Of a DNA stretch of 48,980 nucleotides, positions 7,926 to 16,731 are shown in pieces; positions within the stretch are counted from its first letter, which is position 1, and each line of letters opens with the position of its first letter. The DNA is from Elusimicrobiota bacterium. Its GTDB lineage: Bacteria; Elusimicrobiota; Elusimicrobia; Elusimicrobiales; UBA9959. The position numbers were made by a program, and so were the translations under genes. Below the pieces are notes generated by a model. It did not search any database and was not told the origin of the DNA. It saw nothing but the letters and a program-made list of their open reading frames with translations. The stretch is from the NCBI GenBank assembly GCA_027340875.1, contig DAIENX010000018.1:1-48980 (forward strand). The letters run 5' to 3'.

Positions 7926-8420
7926 TCATTGTGCTTTCTGTTTTACACGCTTCAGGTATATGTCGTTGTTCTTTATTTCCATCCAGGAGCCTGGATTTGC
8001 GGTTATCTCAAACCCGAATTGTTTGTAAAGCGAATGAGCGTCCTTTGTCGCCAAGCAGATGCGTCTCAAGCCACGGCTAGACGGGTGCGCCATAACAGCG
8101 CTCATAAGAGTTTTCGCCAGTCCCAGGCCGCGGAACTCCGGTTCGATATAAACATCGCACAGCCAAGCGAATGTGCAGCCGTCGGTCACCAGTCTCGCGT
8201 AGCCTACCTGAACAGTATCCTTGCCGGCTTTATGGTAAACACCGAAACAGAGAGAAGCTTGTGCGGCCTTTTTCACGAGACTTCTTGGAATTCCCAAGCT
8301 CCAGTACGCTTGCGTGGAAAGAAACTTATGCATTCTTCCGATTTGAAGCAGTTTTCTGTCCGAACTGACGAAGAAATTCTCTTTTTTAAAACCTTGTCGA
8401 TTTTTTCCGTTGGTGGTCAT
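7926..8420 (-). CDS. GNAT family N-acetyltransferase (lower GC)
   Basis: SLCFGVY...QVGYARLVTDGCTFAWLCDVYIEPEFRGLGLAK...LATKDAHSLYKQFGF; alternative start 8432. Confidence 0.9.
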   Translation of the reverse strand: MTTNGKNRQGFKKENFFVSSDRKLLQIGRMHKFLSTQAYWSLGIPRSLVKKAAQASLCFGVYHKAGKDTVQVGYARLVTDGCTFAWLCDVYIEPEFRGLGLAKTLMSAVMAHPSSRGLRRICLATKDAHSLYKQFGFEITANPGSWMEIKNNDIYLKRVKQKAQ

Positions 8421-8510
8421 CTGGTCCTCCATGGGTTATTTTAACAACTTTTACCCAGGAAAATATGGACAGTGTCCTGTTTGAGATAAGGGGACGCGTT
8501 GCTTGATCGC

Positions 8511-8545
8511 GAGCCGCCGGGGAAAAGCCCGGCGGTTTGTTTTTG
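8511..8545 (+). repeat. Repeat A
   Basis: GAGCCGCCGGGGAAAAGCCCGGCGGTTTGTTTTTG. Confidence 0.88.
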
Positions 8546-8551
8546 CGGCGG

Positions 8552-8890
8552 CTATTTCTTGCCGGAGGGACGGAGGGTGACGGCTGTGCGCCTGATCTCT
8601 TTGCGGTAGCTGGCGCCGGTGGCGGCCCAGTCCACGGTCTCGACCCGGAAGGGCAGGCTGGCGGCGAGGAAATCGGAGGAGAGCTTGCTGAGCCGCGCTT
8701 CGCCGAGGGGCGTGTCGCTCATGATGGCCAGGTCCAGGTAGGAGTGCTGGTTGGCGGTGCCGGTCGCGCGCGCCCCGTAGGCCAGCACTTCGTACTCGGG
8801 CACATTGCCCGAGAGCACTTTTATGATCTTCCGCATGACCGCAGGTTTTAAGTCCAGCATGACGTCCGCCTTTAGTATATCATCACCCAT
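8552..8890 (-). CDS. Minimal nucleotidyltransferase (MNT)-like protein, degenerate active site
   Basis: EVLAYGARATGTANQHSYLDLAI...LPFRVETVDW resembles the MNT pattern FGSRA..SDLDL..LPFKVDVVDW; start uncertain. Confidence 0.7.
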   Translation of the reverse strand: MGDDILKADVMLDLKPAVMRKIIKVLSGNVPEYEVLAYGARATGTANQHSYLDLAIMSDTPLGEARLSKLSSDFLAASLPFRVETVDWAATGASYRKEIRRTAVTLRPSGKK

Positions 8891-8984
8891 TTGGACCGGC
8901 AAAGCAAGATAAATATGGGGGGCCGATCCTCAACTAGCGCCCGCAAAGGTCATGCTCGACAGGGACTCGGCGGAGTTCAAGAGG

Positions 8985-9051
8985 GGAATTCGGGGGACAC
9001 AATACTTAATTGCGCAAGCCGCCGGGGAAGCCCGGCGGTTCTGTTTTTGGT
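8985..9051 (+). repeat. Motif D + repeat A
   Basis: GGAATTCGGGGGACACAATACTTAATTGCG then AGCCGCCGGGGAAGCCCGGCGGTTCTGTTTTTGG. Confidence 0.88.
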
Positions 9052-9121
9052 GGGGTGCTGCCGCTTGACAGGTTGTCTGCGTGAGTAATAACATGAGAAG
9101 CGAAGGCAAAAAGGGGGGCGC

Positions 9122-9607
9122 ATGACAGGGATTATCTCGAAAAATCCGGACTGCATCTGCGAGCTTATTCGCCCGGAGGACTGGGACGAAAAGGAAATAA
9201 ATTGGACGGACAAGCTGTTCGTGGCCGACCACGTGACCAGCGTCTTCCATATTCCGCTGAACTTCGGCGCGAAGATGACTAAAAACATCGCGCTGATAGA
9301 GGCCGCCGGCGCGGCGCAGAAGCCCGTGCTCACGCTGACGGACGAGAAGTCGCTCTGGGGCGCGGATATCTATATAGCCAGCGCCAAGGAGGTTCCAGGT
9401 GCGCAAATGGCTAAGCTGTCGGGCAGCTTCATCACCAGGGTCTTCGAGGGACCGTACGGAAACGCCGGCCGTTGGGCGCAGGAGATGAAGCAATACCTGG
9501 CTTCCAAGGGGAAGACCCCGGCCAGGATATACTTCTTCTACACCGCCTGCCCGAAGTGCGCAAAGCGTTTTGGCAAGAACTACGTGGTGCTGTTCGCGCA
9601 AGTCTGA
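9122..9607 (+). CDS. Conserved hypothetical protein (GyrI-like fold, often labelled 'hydrolase')
   Basis: WDEKEINWTDKLFV...FEGPYG...YFFYTACPKCAKRFGKNYVVLFAQV; TTGACA at 9065. Confidence 0.7.
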   Translation: MTGIISKNPDCICELIRPEDWDEKEINWTDKLFVADHVTSVFHIPLNFGAKMTKNIALIEAAGAAQKPVLTLTDEKSLWGADIYIASAKEVPGAQMAKLSGSFITRVFEGPYGNAGRWAQEMKQYLASKGKTPARIYFFYTACPKCAKRFGKNYVVLFAQV

Positions 9608-9613
9608 AGATAC

Positions 9614-9681
9614 AATTCGGTGGACACAATACTTAATTGCGGAGCCGCGGGGAAAGGCTTATCGGTGGTTTGTTTTTAGAA
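9614..9681 (+). repeat. Motif D + degenerate repeat A
   Basis: AATTCGGTGGACACAATACTTAATTGCG-GAGCCGCGGGGAAAGG...GGTTTGTTTTTAGAA. Confidence 0.75.
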
Positions 9682-9721
9682 GATCTGGGTATACTGTCCA
9701 CAGATTCCGTACGGTTACGCT

Positions 9722-10105
9722 ATGGAGATAGGGAAAACCCTGTATGTGACAACCCGGAAGGCCTGGCGCGCCTGGTTGGCGAAGCATCACAAGAGCGCGC
9801 AGGAGATCTGGCTGATCTATTATAAAAAGGCCTCCGGCAAACCCAGCCTGGACTATGGTGCCGCGGTGGAAGAGGCGCTCTGCTACGGCTGGATAGACAG
9901 CGTTACAAAGGGCTTGGACAAGGAGCGCTTCGCCCAGCGCTTTACGCCGCGCCGGGCCAAGAGCGTCCTGTGCGCCTCCAATATCGAGAGGCTTAACAGG
10001 CTTGTCGCCCGGAAGAAAATGACCCGTGCCGGACTGGCCGCAGTTGCGCACGCCTGTAGGAGCCGCCGGGGAGTTCCGGGGGTGCCAGGGGACGTCGATC
10101 CCTAA
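9722..10105 (+). CDS. YdeI/OmpD-associated family protein, N-terminal part (apparently 3'-truncated)
   Basis: RKAWRAWLAKHH...EIWLIYYKK...AVEEALCYGWIDS...RFTPRR...MTRAGL; the last ~15 codons are repeat-derived. Confidence 0.75.
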   Translation: MEIGKTLYVTTRKAWRAWLAKHHKSAQEIWLIYYKKASGKPSLDYGAAVEEALCYGWIDSVTKGLDKERFAQRFTPRRAKSVLCASNIERLNRLVARKKMTRAGLAAVAHACRSRRGVPGVPGDVDP

Positions 10106-10150
10106 TCCCTGATTGAAGCCGCCGGGGAAGCCCGGCGGTTCTGTTTTTGG
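10061..10150 (+). repeat. Half repeat A + motif D-like + full repeat A
   Basis: AGCCGCCGGGGA at 10061-10072 and again at 10117-10128, flanking GAGTTCCGGGGG...GGGGACG. Confidence 0.8.
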
Positions 10151-10208
10151 GGAACGTTTCCGGTGAATTTTCCATGGGGAAATCCATCTGAGCGTGACGC
10201 TGGCGTAT

Positions 10209-10237
10209 TTGACAACCCAGGAAGTGTAGATTAGACT
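10209..10237 (+). promoter_or_regulatory. Sigma70-like promoter
   Basis: TTGACA-17-TAGACT. Confidence 0.5.
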
Positions 10238-10277
10238 ATTCGTGGTAATAGGCGGCGGGAGCTTTTCAGGGGGCATC

Positions 10278-10562
10278 ATGAATAATTTCGAGATATACAT
10301 CATAGCGGGGTTCGTGGGGGGTATCGCCAGGGGTATTTCGAGTTTCCTGAAGAAATTCAATAAGGATTCTAAGACCAGGTTCAATTATCCCTACTTCTTT
10401 ACCACGGTATTCTTCTCGGGCATACTTGGTTGCATAGCCGGGGCGTTGGCCGAAAACAGCTGGAAGACGGCATTCCTTGCCGGCTATGCCGGTATGGATT
10501 TCCTGGAAAATATGTACAAATCCAGTCCGCTATCGCGGATATTTAAGACCGAGGAGAAGTGA
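10278..10562 (+). CDS. Small membrane protein
   Basis: Gly-rich hydrophobic segments IIAGFVGGIARGI, FFSGILGCIAGAL, AFLAGYAGMDFLE. Confidence 0.7.
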   Translation: MNNFEIYIIAGFVGGIARGISSFLKKFNKDSKTRFNYPYFFTTVFFSGILGCIAGALAENSWKTAFLAGYAGMDFLENMYKSSPLSRIFKTEEK

Positions 10563-10646
10563 AGGCCGGGTCCTGCCGTTTTTTGGGCATGCCCATTGAT
10601 GCGGCACGGCCATAGGCTAGTTGCGGTGAGCGCGAAATCTGCGGAC

Positions 10647-10671
10647 TCAAAAGGTACCTAGTACCTTTTGA
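10647..10671. repeat. Motif C palindrome
   Basis: TCAAAAGGTACCTAGTACCTTTTGA, followed by TAGAAT 6 nt before ATG 10691. Confidence 0.85.
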
Positions 10672-10690
10672 AGTATTTTAGAATATTGAG

Positions 10691-11191
10691 ATGGGAATGC
10701 CGGAGATGGTGACGGTGGGCGGGAAGGGCAAGGCCGAGCTGCGCGAGCTGCTCAGGCGGAGCTGCGTGGAGCTGAACGCCTATGCCGAGGAGATATTCGC
10801 CAGCGACCTGTTCACGGTTTCCGATGCTCCCCGCCAGGTGCGGATAGCGGAGGTTTCAGTGGAAGCGCTGGGCTTTCCGGGCGGGGCGGTCATGCGGGAT
10901 GTGCTGGCCAAGGCTGGGGAGCTGGGCCTTGGTCCTTGTCCTCCTGAGCTGGGGCCGTACCTGCGGCTCGCGTACATGGACCAGCCGGGAGTTAGCGGGA
11001 GTCTCTCCGGAGGGGGGAAGGCGCCGGAGGGGGCCGTTACGGTGGTCTCGGCGCCGTTGAGCGCCGACGATGCGTTCCCCAAAGGGTTCTATCTGCGCAA
11101 GGTGAACGGGGTGCTGTGGCTGCGGGGATACCGCTGCGACGCGGAACATGTCCTGGCCCCGCCGGACCGCCTGGTATTCGCAAGGCTGTGA
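10691..11191 (+). CDS. Conserved hypothetical protein
   Basis: CPPELGPYLRLAYMDQP...APEGAVTVVS...FPKGFYLR...LWLRGYRC. Confidence 0.75.
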   Translation: MGMPEMVTVGGKGKAELRELLRRSCVELNAYAEEIFASDLFTVSDAPRQVRIAEVSVEALGFPGGAVMRDVLAKAGELGLGPCPPELGPYLRLAYMDQPGVSGSLSGGGKAPEGAVTVVSAPLSADDAFPKGFYLRKVNGVLWLRGYRCDAEHVLAPPDRLVFARL

Positions 11192-11194
11192 CGG

Positions 11195-11265
11195 GAAATT
11201 CGGGTGACGCAATGCATAATTAAAGCCGCCGGGGAAAAAGCCCGGCGGTTTCGTTTTGGTAGAAT
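11195..11265 (+). repeat. Motif D variant + repeat A
   Basis: GAAATTCGGGTGACGCAATGCATAATT-AAAGCCGCCGGGGAAAAAGCCCGGCGGTTTCGTTTTGGTAGAAT. Confidence 0.87.
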
Positions 11266-11303
11266 TGGGTGGAACGCGGAAAACGCCATAGGGAAGGGGA
11301 GGC

Positions 11304-11729
11304 ATGAGCGTGGAAGAGGAAATAAAGAAAGCGGCTTTGGAGTTGGTCAGTGGAACGCCCATAGTAATGCTGGGTAACAACGGGCCTGACGGTTATCCGG
11401 GCATCAAAGCCATGATCAAGATGGAGAACGAGGGACTTAGGACTTTTTGGTTCAGCACGAACACTTCATCTAAAAGGGTGGGGCAGCTGCGCAAGGACGG
11501 CAAAGCCTGTGTCTATTTGGTGGACATGAAGAGCTGGCGGGGCTTGATGCTGCTTGGCGAGGTCGAAGTGCTGGAGGACCCTGCCGCCAAAAGGCGTCTC
11601 TGGCGCGACGGGTTCGAGAAGTATTATCCCAAAGGCGTGACTGACCCTGATTATTGCGTGCTGCGGTTCACTGCGCTCAGGGGGAATTACTATCATAACC
11701 TGCACAATTCCGACTTCGCGATAGATTAA
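11304..11729 (+). CDS. Pyridoxamine 5'-phosphate oxidase-like FMN-binding / general stress protein
   Basis: DGYPGIKAM...FWFSTNTSSKRVGQL...YYPKGVTDPDYCVLRF. Confidence 0.85.
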   Translation: MSVEEEIKKAALELVSGTPIVMLGNNGPDGYPGIKAMIKMENEGLRTFWFSTNTSSKRVGQLRKDGKACVYLVDMKSWRGLMLLGEVEVLEDPAAKRRLWRDGFEKYYPKGVTDPDYCVLRFTALRGNYYHNLHNSDFAID

Positions 11730-11742
11730 CAGTCCGTTACGT

Positions 11743-11824
11743 CAAAAGGTACCTGGTACCTTTTGCAGGTATTGGGCGCGGAGCCAAAGGGCAGGGCGGG
11801 GCGGCGGTTCTGTTTTGGTAGAAT
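11743..11824 (+). repeat. Motif C + degenerate repeat A
   Basis: CAAAAGGTACCTGGTACCTTTTG ... GGCGGTTCTGTTTTGGTAGAAT. Confidence 0.8.
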
Positions 11825-11830
11825 TTGAAC

Positions 11831-12892
11831 ATGAGGGAGATCCGTAAGCTGCGCTCTTTCGCGGCGGCGCGCGCGCTTTCCGGCGCGGGCACGCTGCAGC
11901 AGGTGCTGGACCGTCTGGGTTTCGTCCAGGCGGACCCTATCCGTTCCCCGGCGCGGGCGCAGGACCTGATATTGCGGCACAGGGCGCGCGGATACCGCGC
12001 CGGGGATCTGGAGCGCATGTATCCGGCGCTGGAAGTCGAAGAGGACTATCTCTACGCCTATGGTTTCGTGTCGCGCCCGGTATGGCGGCTGCTGCATCCC
12101 CGCGGTAACGGAAAGCCTTCGGCCTTCGCGCGCAGGGTGCTCGAAGCCGTGTCGGATATGGGCGAGGCTCACCCGGCCGCGCTCGAGGCGCGGCTGGGCG
12201 GACGGCGCGTGACCAACGCCTGGGGCGGTCTCTCCAAGGCCACCACGCAGGCGCTGGACTGGCTGCATTACCGCGGCCTGCTGCGCGTGGCCCGCAGGGA
12301 AGGCGGCGTGCGGGTGTTCTCCCCGGCCAGGCGGCAGGCGGAGCCCCTGCCCCCGGCCCGGCGGATGCGCGAGCGCGTGCTGGTGCTGGTGAACATACTC
12401 GCTCCTGTGCCGATGCGCCAGCTGCGAGCCATGGCGGCGCGGCCCATGCGCAGGTATTTCCCGGGCCTGGGAACGGCGCCGCGCTTCCTCGCGGACATGA
12501 TAAAGGACGGCGCGCTGCTGGCCGTGAAAGCCGGTGGTGAGGATTATATCGTGCCGCCCGGCTGTGACCTGGGGGTAGAGGCGCCGCGCCGGGTGAGTTT
12601 TCTGGCCCCGTTCGATCCGCTGGTCTGGGACAGGCAGCGCTTCGGGCGCTTCTGGGGATGGGAGTACAGGTTCGAAGCTTATACCCCGGCCGCTAAGCGC
12701 GTGCGCGGCTATTACGCCATGCCGCTGCTGTGGGAGGACGATGTTGTCGGCTGGGCCAACGCCGCCGTGCGGGAGGGACGGCTCGTAGTGGAGACCGGCT
12801 TCGCGCGGAAGCGGCCGGGGGGCGCCGCCTTCAGGCGCGAGTTAGAAGCGGAGACGGCGCGCCTGGCCGCTTTCCTCGGGGTTGACCTATAG
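11831..12892 (+). CDS. YcaQ/AlkZ-like winged-helix DNA crosslink repair glycosylase family protein
   Basis: LGFVQADPIRSPARAQDL (QxD motif)...FLAPFDPLVWDR..FWGWEYRFEAYTPAAKRVRGYYAMPLL. Confidence 0.85.
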   Translation: MREIRKLRSFAAARALSGAGTLQQVLDRLGFVQADPIRSPARAQDLILRHRARGYRAGDLERMYPALEVEEDYLYAYGFVSRPVWRLLHPRGNGKPSAFARRVLEAVSDMGEAHPAALEARLGGRRVTNAWGGLSKATTQALDWLHYRGLLRVARREGGVRVFSPARRQAEPLPPARRMRERVLVLVNILAPVPMRQLRAMAARPMRRYFPGLGTAPRFLADMIKDGALLAVKAGGEDYIVPPGCDLGVEAPRRVSFLAPFDPLVWDRQRFGRFWGWEYRFEAYTPAAKRVRGYYAMPLLWEDDVVGWANAAVREGRLVVETGFARKRPGGAAFRRELEAETARLAAFLGVDL

Positions 12893-12903
12893 CCTGTAGG
12901 GGG

Positions 12904-12968
12904 AAAAGGCAGCAGGAGCCTTTTGAGGCGAAGCCGCCGGGCGGGCCGGCGGCAGCGTTTGTTAGAAT
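12904..12968 (+). repeat. Motif C variant + repeat A variant
   Basis: AAAAGGCAGCAGGAGCCTTTTG ... AGCCGCCGGGCGGGCCGGCGGCAGCGTTTGTTAGAAT. Confidence 0.7.
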
Positions 12969-13039
12969 ATCCTGACGGATGCGGGCTTTGTACGCTTGCT
13001 CCTTTTATTTTGGAATTCCTGATGCTTAAAGGCGGGGTA

Positions 13040-13504
13040 ATGCGAAACAACATCGGATCCGTTTGTCTGTTGCTCATCGGGGCTTCGGTCCTTCAAGGCT
13101 GCAGTACATGGGAGAATTGCGGGAATCCCGGGGCTCAGCATACCTGCTATTCAAAAAAGGTGGAGAAACAAAAGGCCCTGAACCTTTTCAACGCGGCTAT
13201 CGGCGGCGGAGCGGCAGCGACCCAACTGCCGGACGTGTCGCTGCTGTTCCCGTCCTGCACCAGAGCGAACGGCGACTATAAATGCGCGTTCAGGTTTCAT
13301 CAGCCTCCCGGCGGGGAGCTTTCTGCTCCGATAAACATACGGGGCGACAAGGCCAAGGTCCTGTACGAGGCGCTCAGCGAGGCCGGGGTCAATCCCGACT
13401 GCGCGCCGGGCTCCTGCACGGTCTCGGTCGTCAGCCTTGGCTGCCGGAACGCTCCTCCAGCCTGTTTCCTCTCCCGAGGTTCGGCGGTGGAAGTGGCCTG
13501 GTAG
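13040..13504 (+). CDS. Cys-rich putative lipoprotein
   Basis: MRNNIGSVCLLLIGASVLQGC lipobox-like; several Cys. Confidence 0.65.
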   Translation: MRNNIGSVCLLLIGASVLQGCSTWENCGNPGAQHTCYSKKVEKQKALNLFNAAIGGGAAATQLPDVSLLFPSCTRANGDYKCAFRFHQPPGGELSAPINIRGDKAKVLYEALSEAGVNPDCAPGSCTVSVVSLGCRNAPPACFLSRGSAVEVAW

Positions 13505-13584
13505 GGAGCGTCCCGAAGCCAAGCGCCAAGGGGGGGAGGTCTTGGCCGCTTGTTACGCATAGCGCCGCGGGTGCTCTTCCGGGC

Positions 13585-13650
13585 TCAAAAGGTACCTGGT
13601 ACCTTTTGAAGCAGCCGGGTGAAAGCCCGGCGGTTTTGTTTTGGTAGAAT
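13585..13650 (+). repeat. Motif C + repeat A
   Basis: TCAAAAGGTACCTGGTACCTTTTGA-AGCAGCCGGGTGAAAGCCCGGCGGTTTTGTTTTGGTAGAAT. Confidence 0.87.
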
Positions 13651-13697
13651 CTTCCTGATCTGAGCTAACCCGGTCGCAGTCTTGTTTAAGGGGGGGT

Positions 13698-14228
13698 ATG
13701 GCCTTTATCGCTTTCATATCAAGGTTCTTTTTGGTGTTCCTGCTGGTCGGCGGCGTACTCGCCGTCATACGTCATTTCCTCCCGTGGGAGGCGGTGAAGG
13801 GACGGAAAGCGGCTGCAGGCATACTGCTCGTCGCGGCGCTGCTGGGCTACTGGCAGGGTGTCGGTGCTGTGCTTGGCTGGGCGGACTCCGCCGCGCAGAG
13901 CCTGAAGGAGAGGGACTACCACGGGGTGGACGGCGTCTATCTGCTTTATGATTTCATGCCGGTGCTGAAATTCCTTCACGCTCCCCTCCCGGCCGGGGTT
14001 TGGGAAGCTGTGGACCGCCTTGGGGACGAAGGTGCGCCCTGCATGACCGTGCAGGCCAGGAAGCTACGCGGTTCGGTGATAAGCCCGGAACTGGCGGCCG
14101 CCTGCTCTGCCGAAAAGGAGCGGATCGCCGCCGGCGTGGCGGTTTCCACGGCGGGAACAGCGGGGACGGGTCCTGGCCGCCTGAGTGGCACGGCCCTTGA
14201 GCGGCCCGCGCATAGCGCAGGAAATTGA
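13698..14228 (+). CDS. Hypothetical membrane protein
   Basis: Two N-terminal hydrophobic helices; G-rich RBS. Confidence 0.6.
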   Translation: MAFIAFISRFFLVFLLVGGVLAVIRHFLPWEAVKGRKAAAGILLVAALLGYWQGVGAVLGWADSAAQSLKERDYHGVDGVYLLYDFMPVLKFLHAPLPAGVWEAVDRLGDEGAPCMTVQARKLRGSVISPELAAACSAEKERIAAGVAVSTAGTAGTGPGRLSGTALERPAHSAGN

Positions 14229-14335
14229 CGGAGGCGGGACGGGGAGTGCGATGTCGTGAGCGACACGCATGGAAAGGGTCAGGTCTTGGCCGCTCGATCT
14301 TATAGTCCCTGTCAGCCGGGAGAAAATGGACATTT

Positions 14336-14887
14336 ATGATGATACTGATAGTGGACGATGACAAGGACAGTCTTTACCTGACCAGCGCCATGGTGAAGCA
14401 GTGCGGCTACACCCCGGTGACGGCTTCTGACAGCGCCCAGGCGCTCACCTGTATAGCCGACATGGATATACGGGTGGTCATAAGCGACTGGGAGATGCCG
14501 GGTCTTACCGGCATAGACCTGGTGCGGGCCCTGCGCGCCGACAGGCTGAAGCCTTATGTGTATTTCATCCTGCTGACCGGCAAGAGGATAGGCAGCATCA
14601 ACTTCATGGAGGCCATGGACGCCGGAGCCGACGACTACATGGAGAAGCCGGCGCGCAGGGACATTCTGAAGGTCAGGCTGCGCGTAGCGGAGAGGATACT
14701 GAAGCTGGACATGCAGATGAAGGACCTGAGCAGGCTGGTCCCGGTATGCTCCAGCTGCCGCCGCGTGCGCCGCGACGACCAGGCGTACGAGAGCATCGAG
14801 GCGTACATCTCCAAGAACTCCGAATTCAAGTTCTCGCACGGCATCTGCCCGGAGTGCATGAAGAGGCTGTATCCGCATATCAAGTGA
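14336..14887 (+). CDS. Response regulator (receiver + C-terminal CxxC...HGICPEC domain)
   Basis: ILIVDDD...ISDWEMPGLTG...AGADDYMEKP; VPVCSSC...FSHGICPEC. Confidence 0.9.
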   Translation: MMILIVDDDKDSLYLTSAMVKQCGYTPVTASDSAQALTCIADMDIRVVISDWEMPGLTGIDLVRALRADRLKPYVYFILLTGKRIGSINFMEAMDAGADDYMEKPARRDILKVRLRVAERILKLDMQMKDLSRLVPVCSSCRRVRRDDQAYESIEAYISKNSEFKFSHGICPECMKRLYPHIK

Positions 14888-15068
14888 CGCGCCGGCGCGC
14901 CTGGCCGGGCCCGTACTTAATCAGGGCCGCCTGGTAAGTCCCGGCTGATCCGTTTCGGCCATCTGCGGCACAGGGAACGCTCGAGGCAGGCCCCGGTTCG
15001 CGGCTGGCGCAACCGGCGTGCCTTCCGCCGCGTATATAAAATGGCGCCCAGGCGCCCATGGAGGAAAA

Positions 15069-15842
15069 ATGAAAAAGACGCTGTTTTTTGCCGTGCTGCT
15101 CGCCGCCGCGCCAGCGGCTTATTGCGCGCAGAGCGAAGTTAAGACCTTCCCCGCGGCCGGCCTGAAGAAGATATACGTGGACACCGGCGCCGGCAGCATA
15201 ACCGTGGACGGAGGCGCCAAGGGCGAAGTGCGCGCCGAGGCGATAGGCGACGACCTGGGCAAGTGCGCCATCACCATGGAGGTCAAAGGCTCCGAGCTGG
15301 TGCTGAAGGCCGAGGACAGCGAGGCGGCCAAGGCCGCCAAAAAGGGTTTTTGGCGCAGCCTCTTTTCCGGGGGAAAGGCGGATCTCGGCAAAGGCTGCGG
15401 CGCCGGTTTCAAGGTCTCGGCGCCGGCCGCGCTTTCCGTGAAGGCCGATACCGGGGCAGGGAGCATCTCCGTTTCCGGCATGACCGGAGAGCTTGACGCC
15501 GACACCGGGGCCGGCAGCATAAGCGGCTCGGGTTGCCTGGCCGCGCTGAAGGCCGACACCGGGGCCGGTACCGTGAGGATGGACGGTCTCTGCGGCCCCG
15601 CCGAGGCCGACACCGGCGCCGGCAGCATAGAGCTGAGCTGGGCCAAGGCGCCCTCTTCCGGCCGGGTCAAGGCGGACGCGGGCACGGGCAGCATAACCCT
15701 GGTCTTCCCGGCGGACGCCTCGCTGGACGTGAAAGCGGACGCCGGCATTGGGAAAGCCGTGAACGAGTTCGGCTCCGGGGGCAGGCTCAAGGTTCTTGCC
15801 GACAGCGGCGTCGGGAGCATCTCGGTGCTCAAGGCGAAGTAG
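15069..15842 (+). CDS. DUF4097-like beta-strand repeat secreted protein
   Basis: Signal peptide; repeated ADTGAGSI motifs; RBS GGAGG. Confidence 0.8.
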   Translation: MKKTLFFAVLLAAAPAAYCAQSEVKTFPAAGLKKIYVDTGAGSITVDGGAKGEVRAEAIGDDLGKCAITMEVKGSELVLKAEDSEAAKAAKKGFWRSLFSGGKADLGKGCGAGFKVSAPAALSVKADTGAGSISVSGMTGELDADTGAGSISGSGCLAALKADTGAGTVRMDGLCGPAEADTGAGSIELSWAKAPSSGRVKADAGTGSITLVFPADASLDVKADAGIGKAVNEFGSGGRLKVLADSGVGSISVLKAK

Positions 15843-15876
15843 CGGCCGCGGGAGGAAGCAGCCTTTCGGGGCGCAG

Positions 15877-15913
15877 GCCGCCGGGGAAGCCCGGCGGCTT
15901 TGTTTTGTAGAAT
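15877..15913 (+). repeat. Repeat A
   Basis: GCCGCCGGGGAAGCCCGGCGGCTTTGTTTTGTAGAAT; ATG 7 nt downstream. Confidence 0.88.
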
Positions 15914-15920
15914 GGCTCTG

Positions 15921-16145
15921 ATGCCGGGCAGGATATTAAGATCGAAGCTGTTCAGGGCCGGAGCGGTCCTTTTTGCGATAGGCTGCTCGCCGCTGCTGCT
16001 GTACGCGCTCTTCGAGCTCGTTACCGGCAGGACGGGCGGGAACCCGATAGGCCTGGGCCTGCTGTTCTTCGTGACCTTCTGGCCCAGCGTGATACTCATG
16101 CTCGCCGGCGCGCTCCTGAGCCTCCGCAAGGAAGATGAAAAATGA
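15921..16145 (+). CDS. Small two-helix membrane protein
   Basis: LFAIGCSPLLLY...GGNPIGLGLLFFVTFWP. Confidence 0.65.
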   Translation: MPGRILRSKLFRAGAVLFAIGCSPLLLYALFELVTGRTGGNPIGLGLLFFVTFWPSVILMLAGALLSLRKEDEK

Positions 16146-16663
16146 GCGGGGATACTGGACACGGCGGCGGCGCTATGATGAAAGCGGCCAGGATATTCCT
16201 CCAGGCGGCGGTCGTGCTTCTCGGCGCCGGCGTGCTAGCCCTTATGCTCTGGGTGCCGCCGCACGAGGGAAGGAACGTGAACGCCGCGCTGTTCGCGGTG
16301 TACTTCAAAGACCCGTTCCTGGCGTGCGCGTATATAGGATCGATCCCTTTCTTTTCTGCGCTCTACCAGGCCTTCAGGGTGCTGGGGTACATCGGACGGA
16401 ACGAGCTGTTCCTGCCGCGCACGGTCAGGACTCTGCGGACGATAAGATACTGCGCGCTGGCTACCGCGGGGATAGTCGCTGCGGCGTCAGCTTACGTGAG
16501 AATCACCGCGGGCGGGAACGACGACCCCGCCGGTTTTGTGATGCCGGGGGTCATCGCCGTTTTCGCTTCCTTGGTAGCCGCCGCCGCCGCGGCGGTGTTC
16601 GAAGACGTCGTCCGGAATGCCATGCAGATCGGGTCCGGGAACGGCCCGGCTTCGGAAGGATAG
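16142..16663 (+). CDS. DUF2975-like membrane protein
   Basis: FLQAAVVLLGAGVLALMLWVPPHEGRNVNA...DPFLACAY..SIPFFSALYQAF; alternative start 16175. Confidence 0.75.
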   Translation: MSGDTGHGGGAMMKAARIFLQAAVVLLGAGVLALMLWVPPHEGRNVNAALFAVYFKDPFLACAYIGSIPFFSALYQAFRVLGYIGRNELFLPRTVRTLRTIRYCALATAGIVAAASAYVRITAGGNDDPAGFVMPGVIAVFASLVAAAAAAVFEDVVRNAMQIGSGNGPASEG

Positions 16664-16685
16664 ACGGCGCGTCGCTGAATTCCTT

Positions 16686-16724
16686 AGCCGCCGGGGAAGC
16701 CCGGCGGTCCTGTTTTGGTAGAAT
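16686..16724 (+). repeat. Repeat A
   Basis: AGCCGCCGGGGAAGCCCGGCGGTCCTGTTTTGGTAGAAT; ATG 7 nt downstream. Confidence 0.9.
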
Positions 16725-16731
16725 GGGAAAT

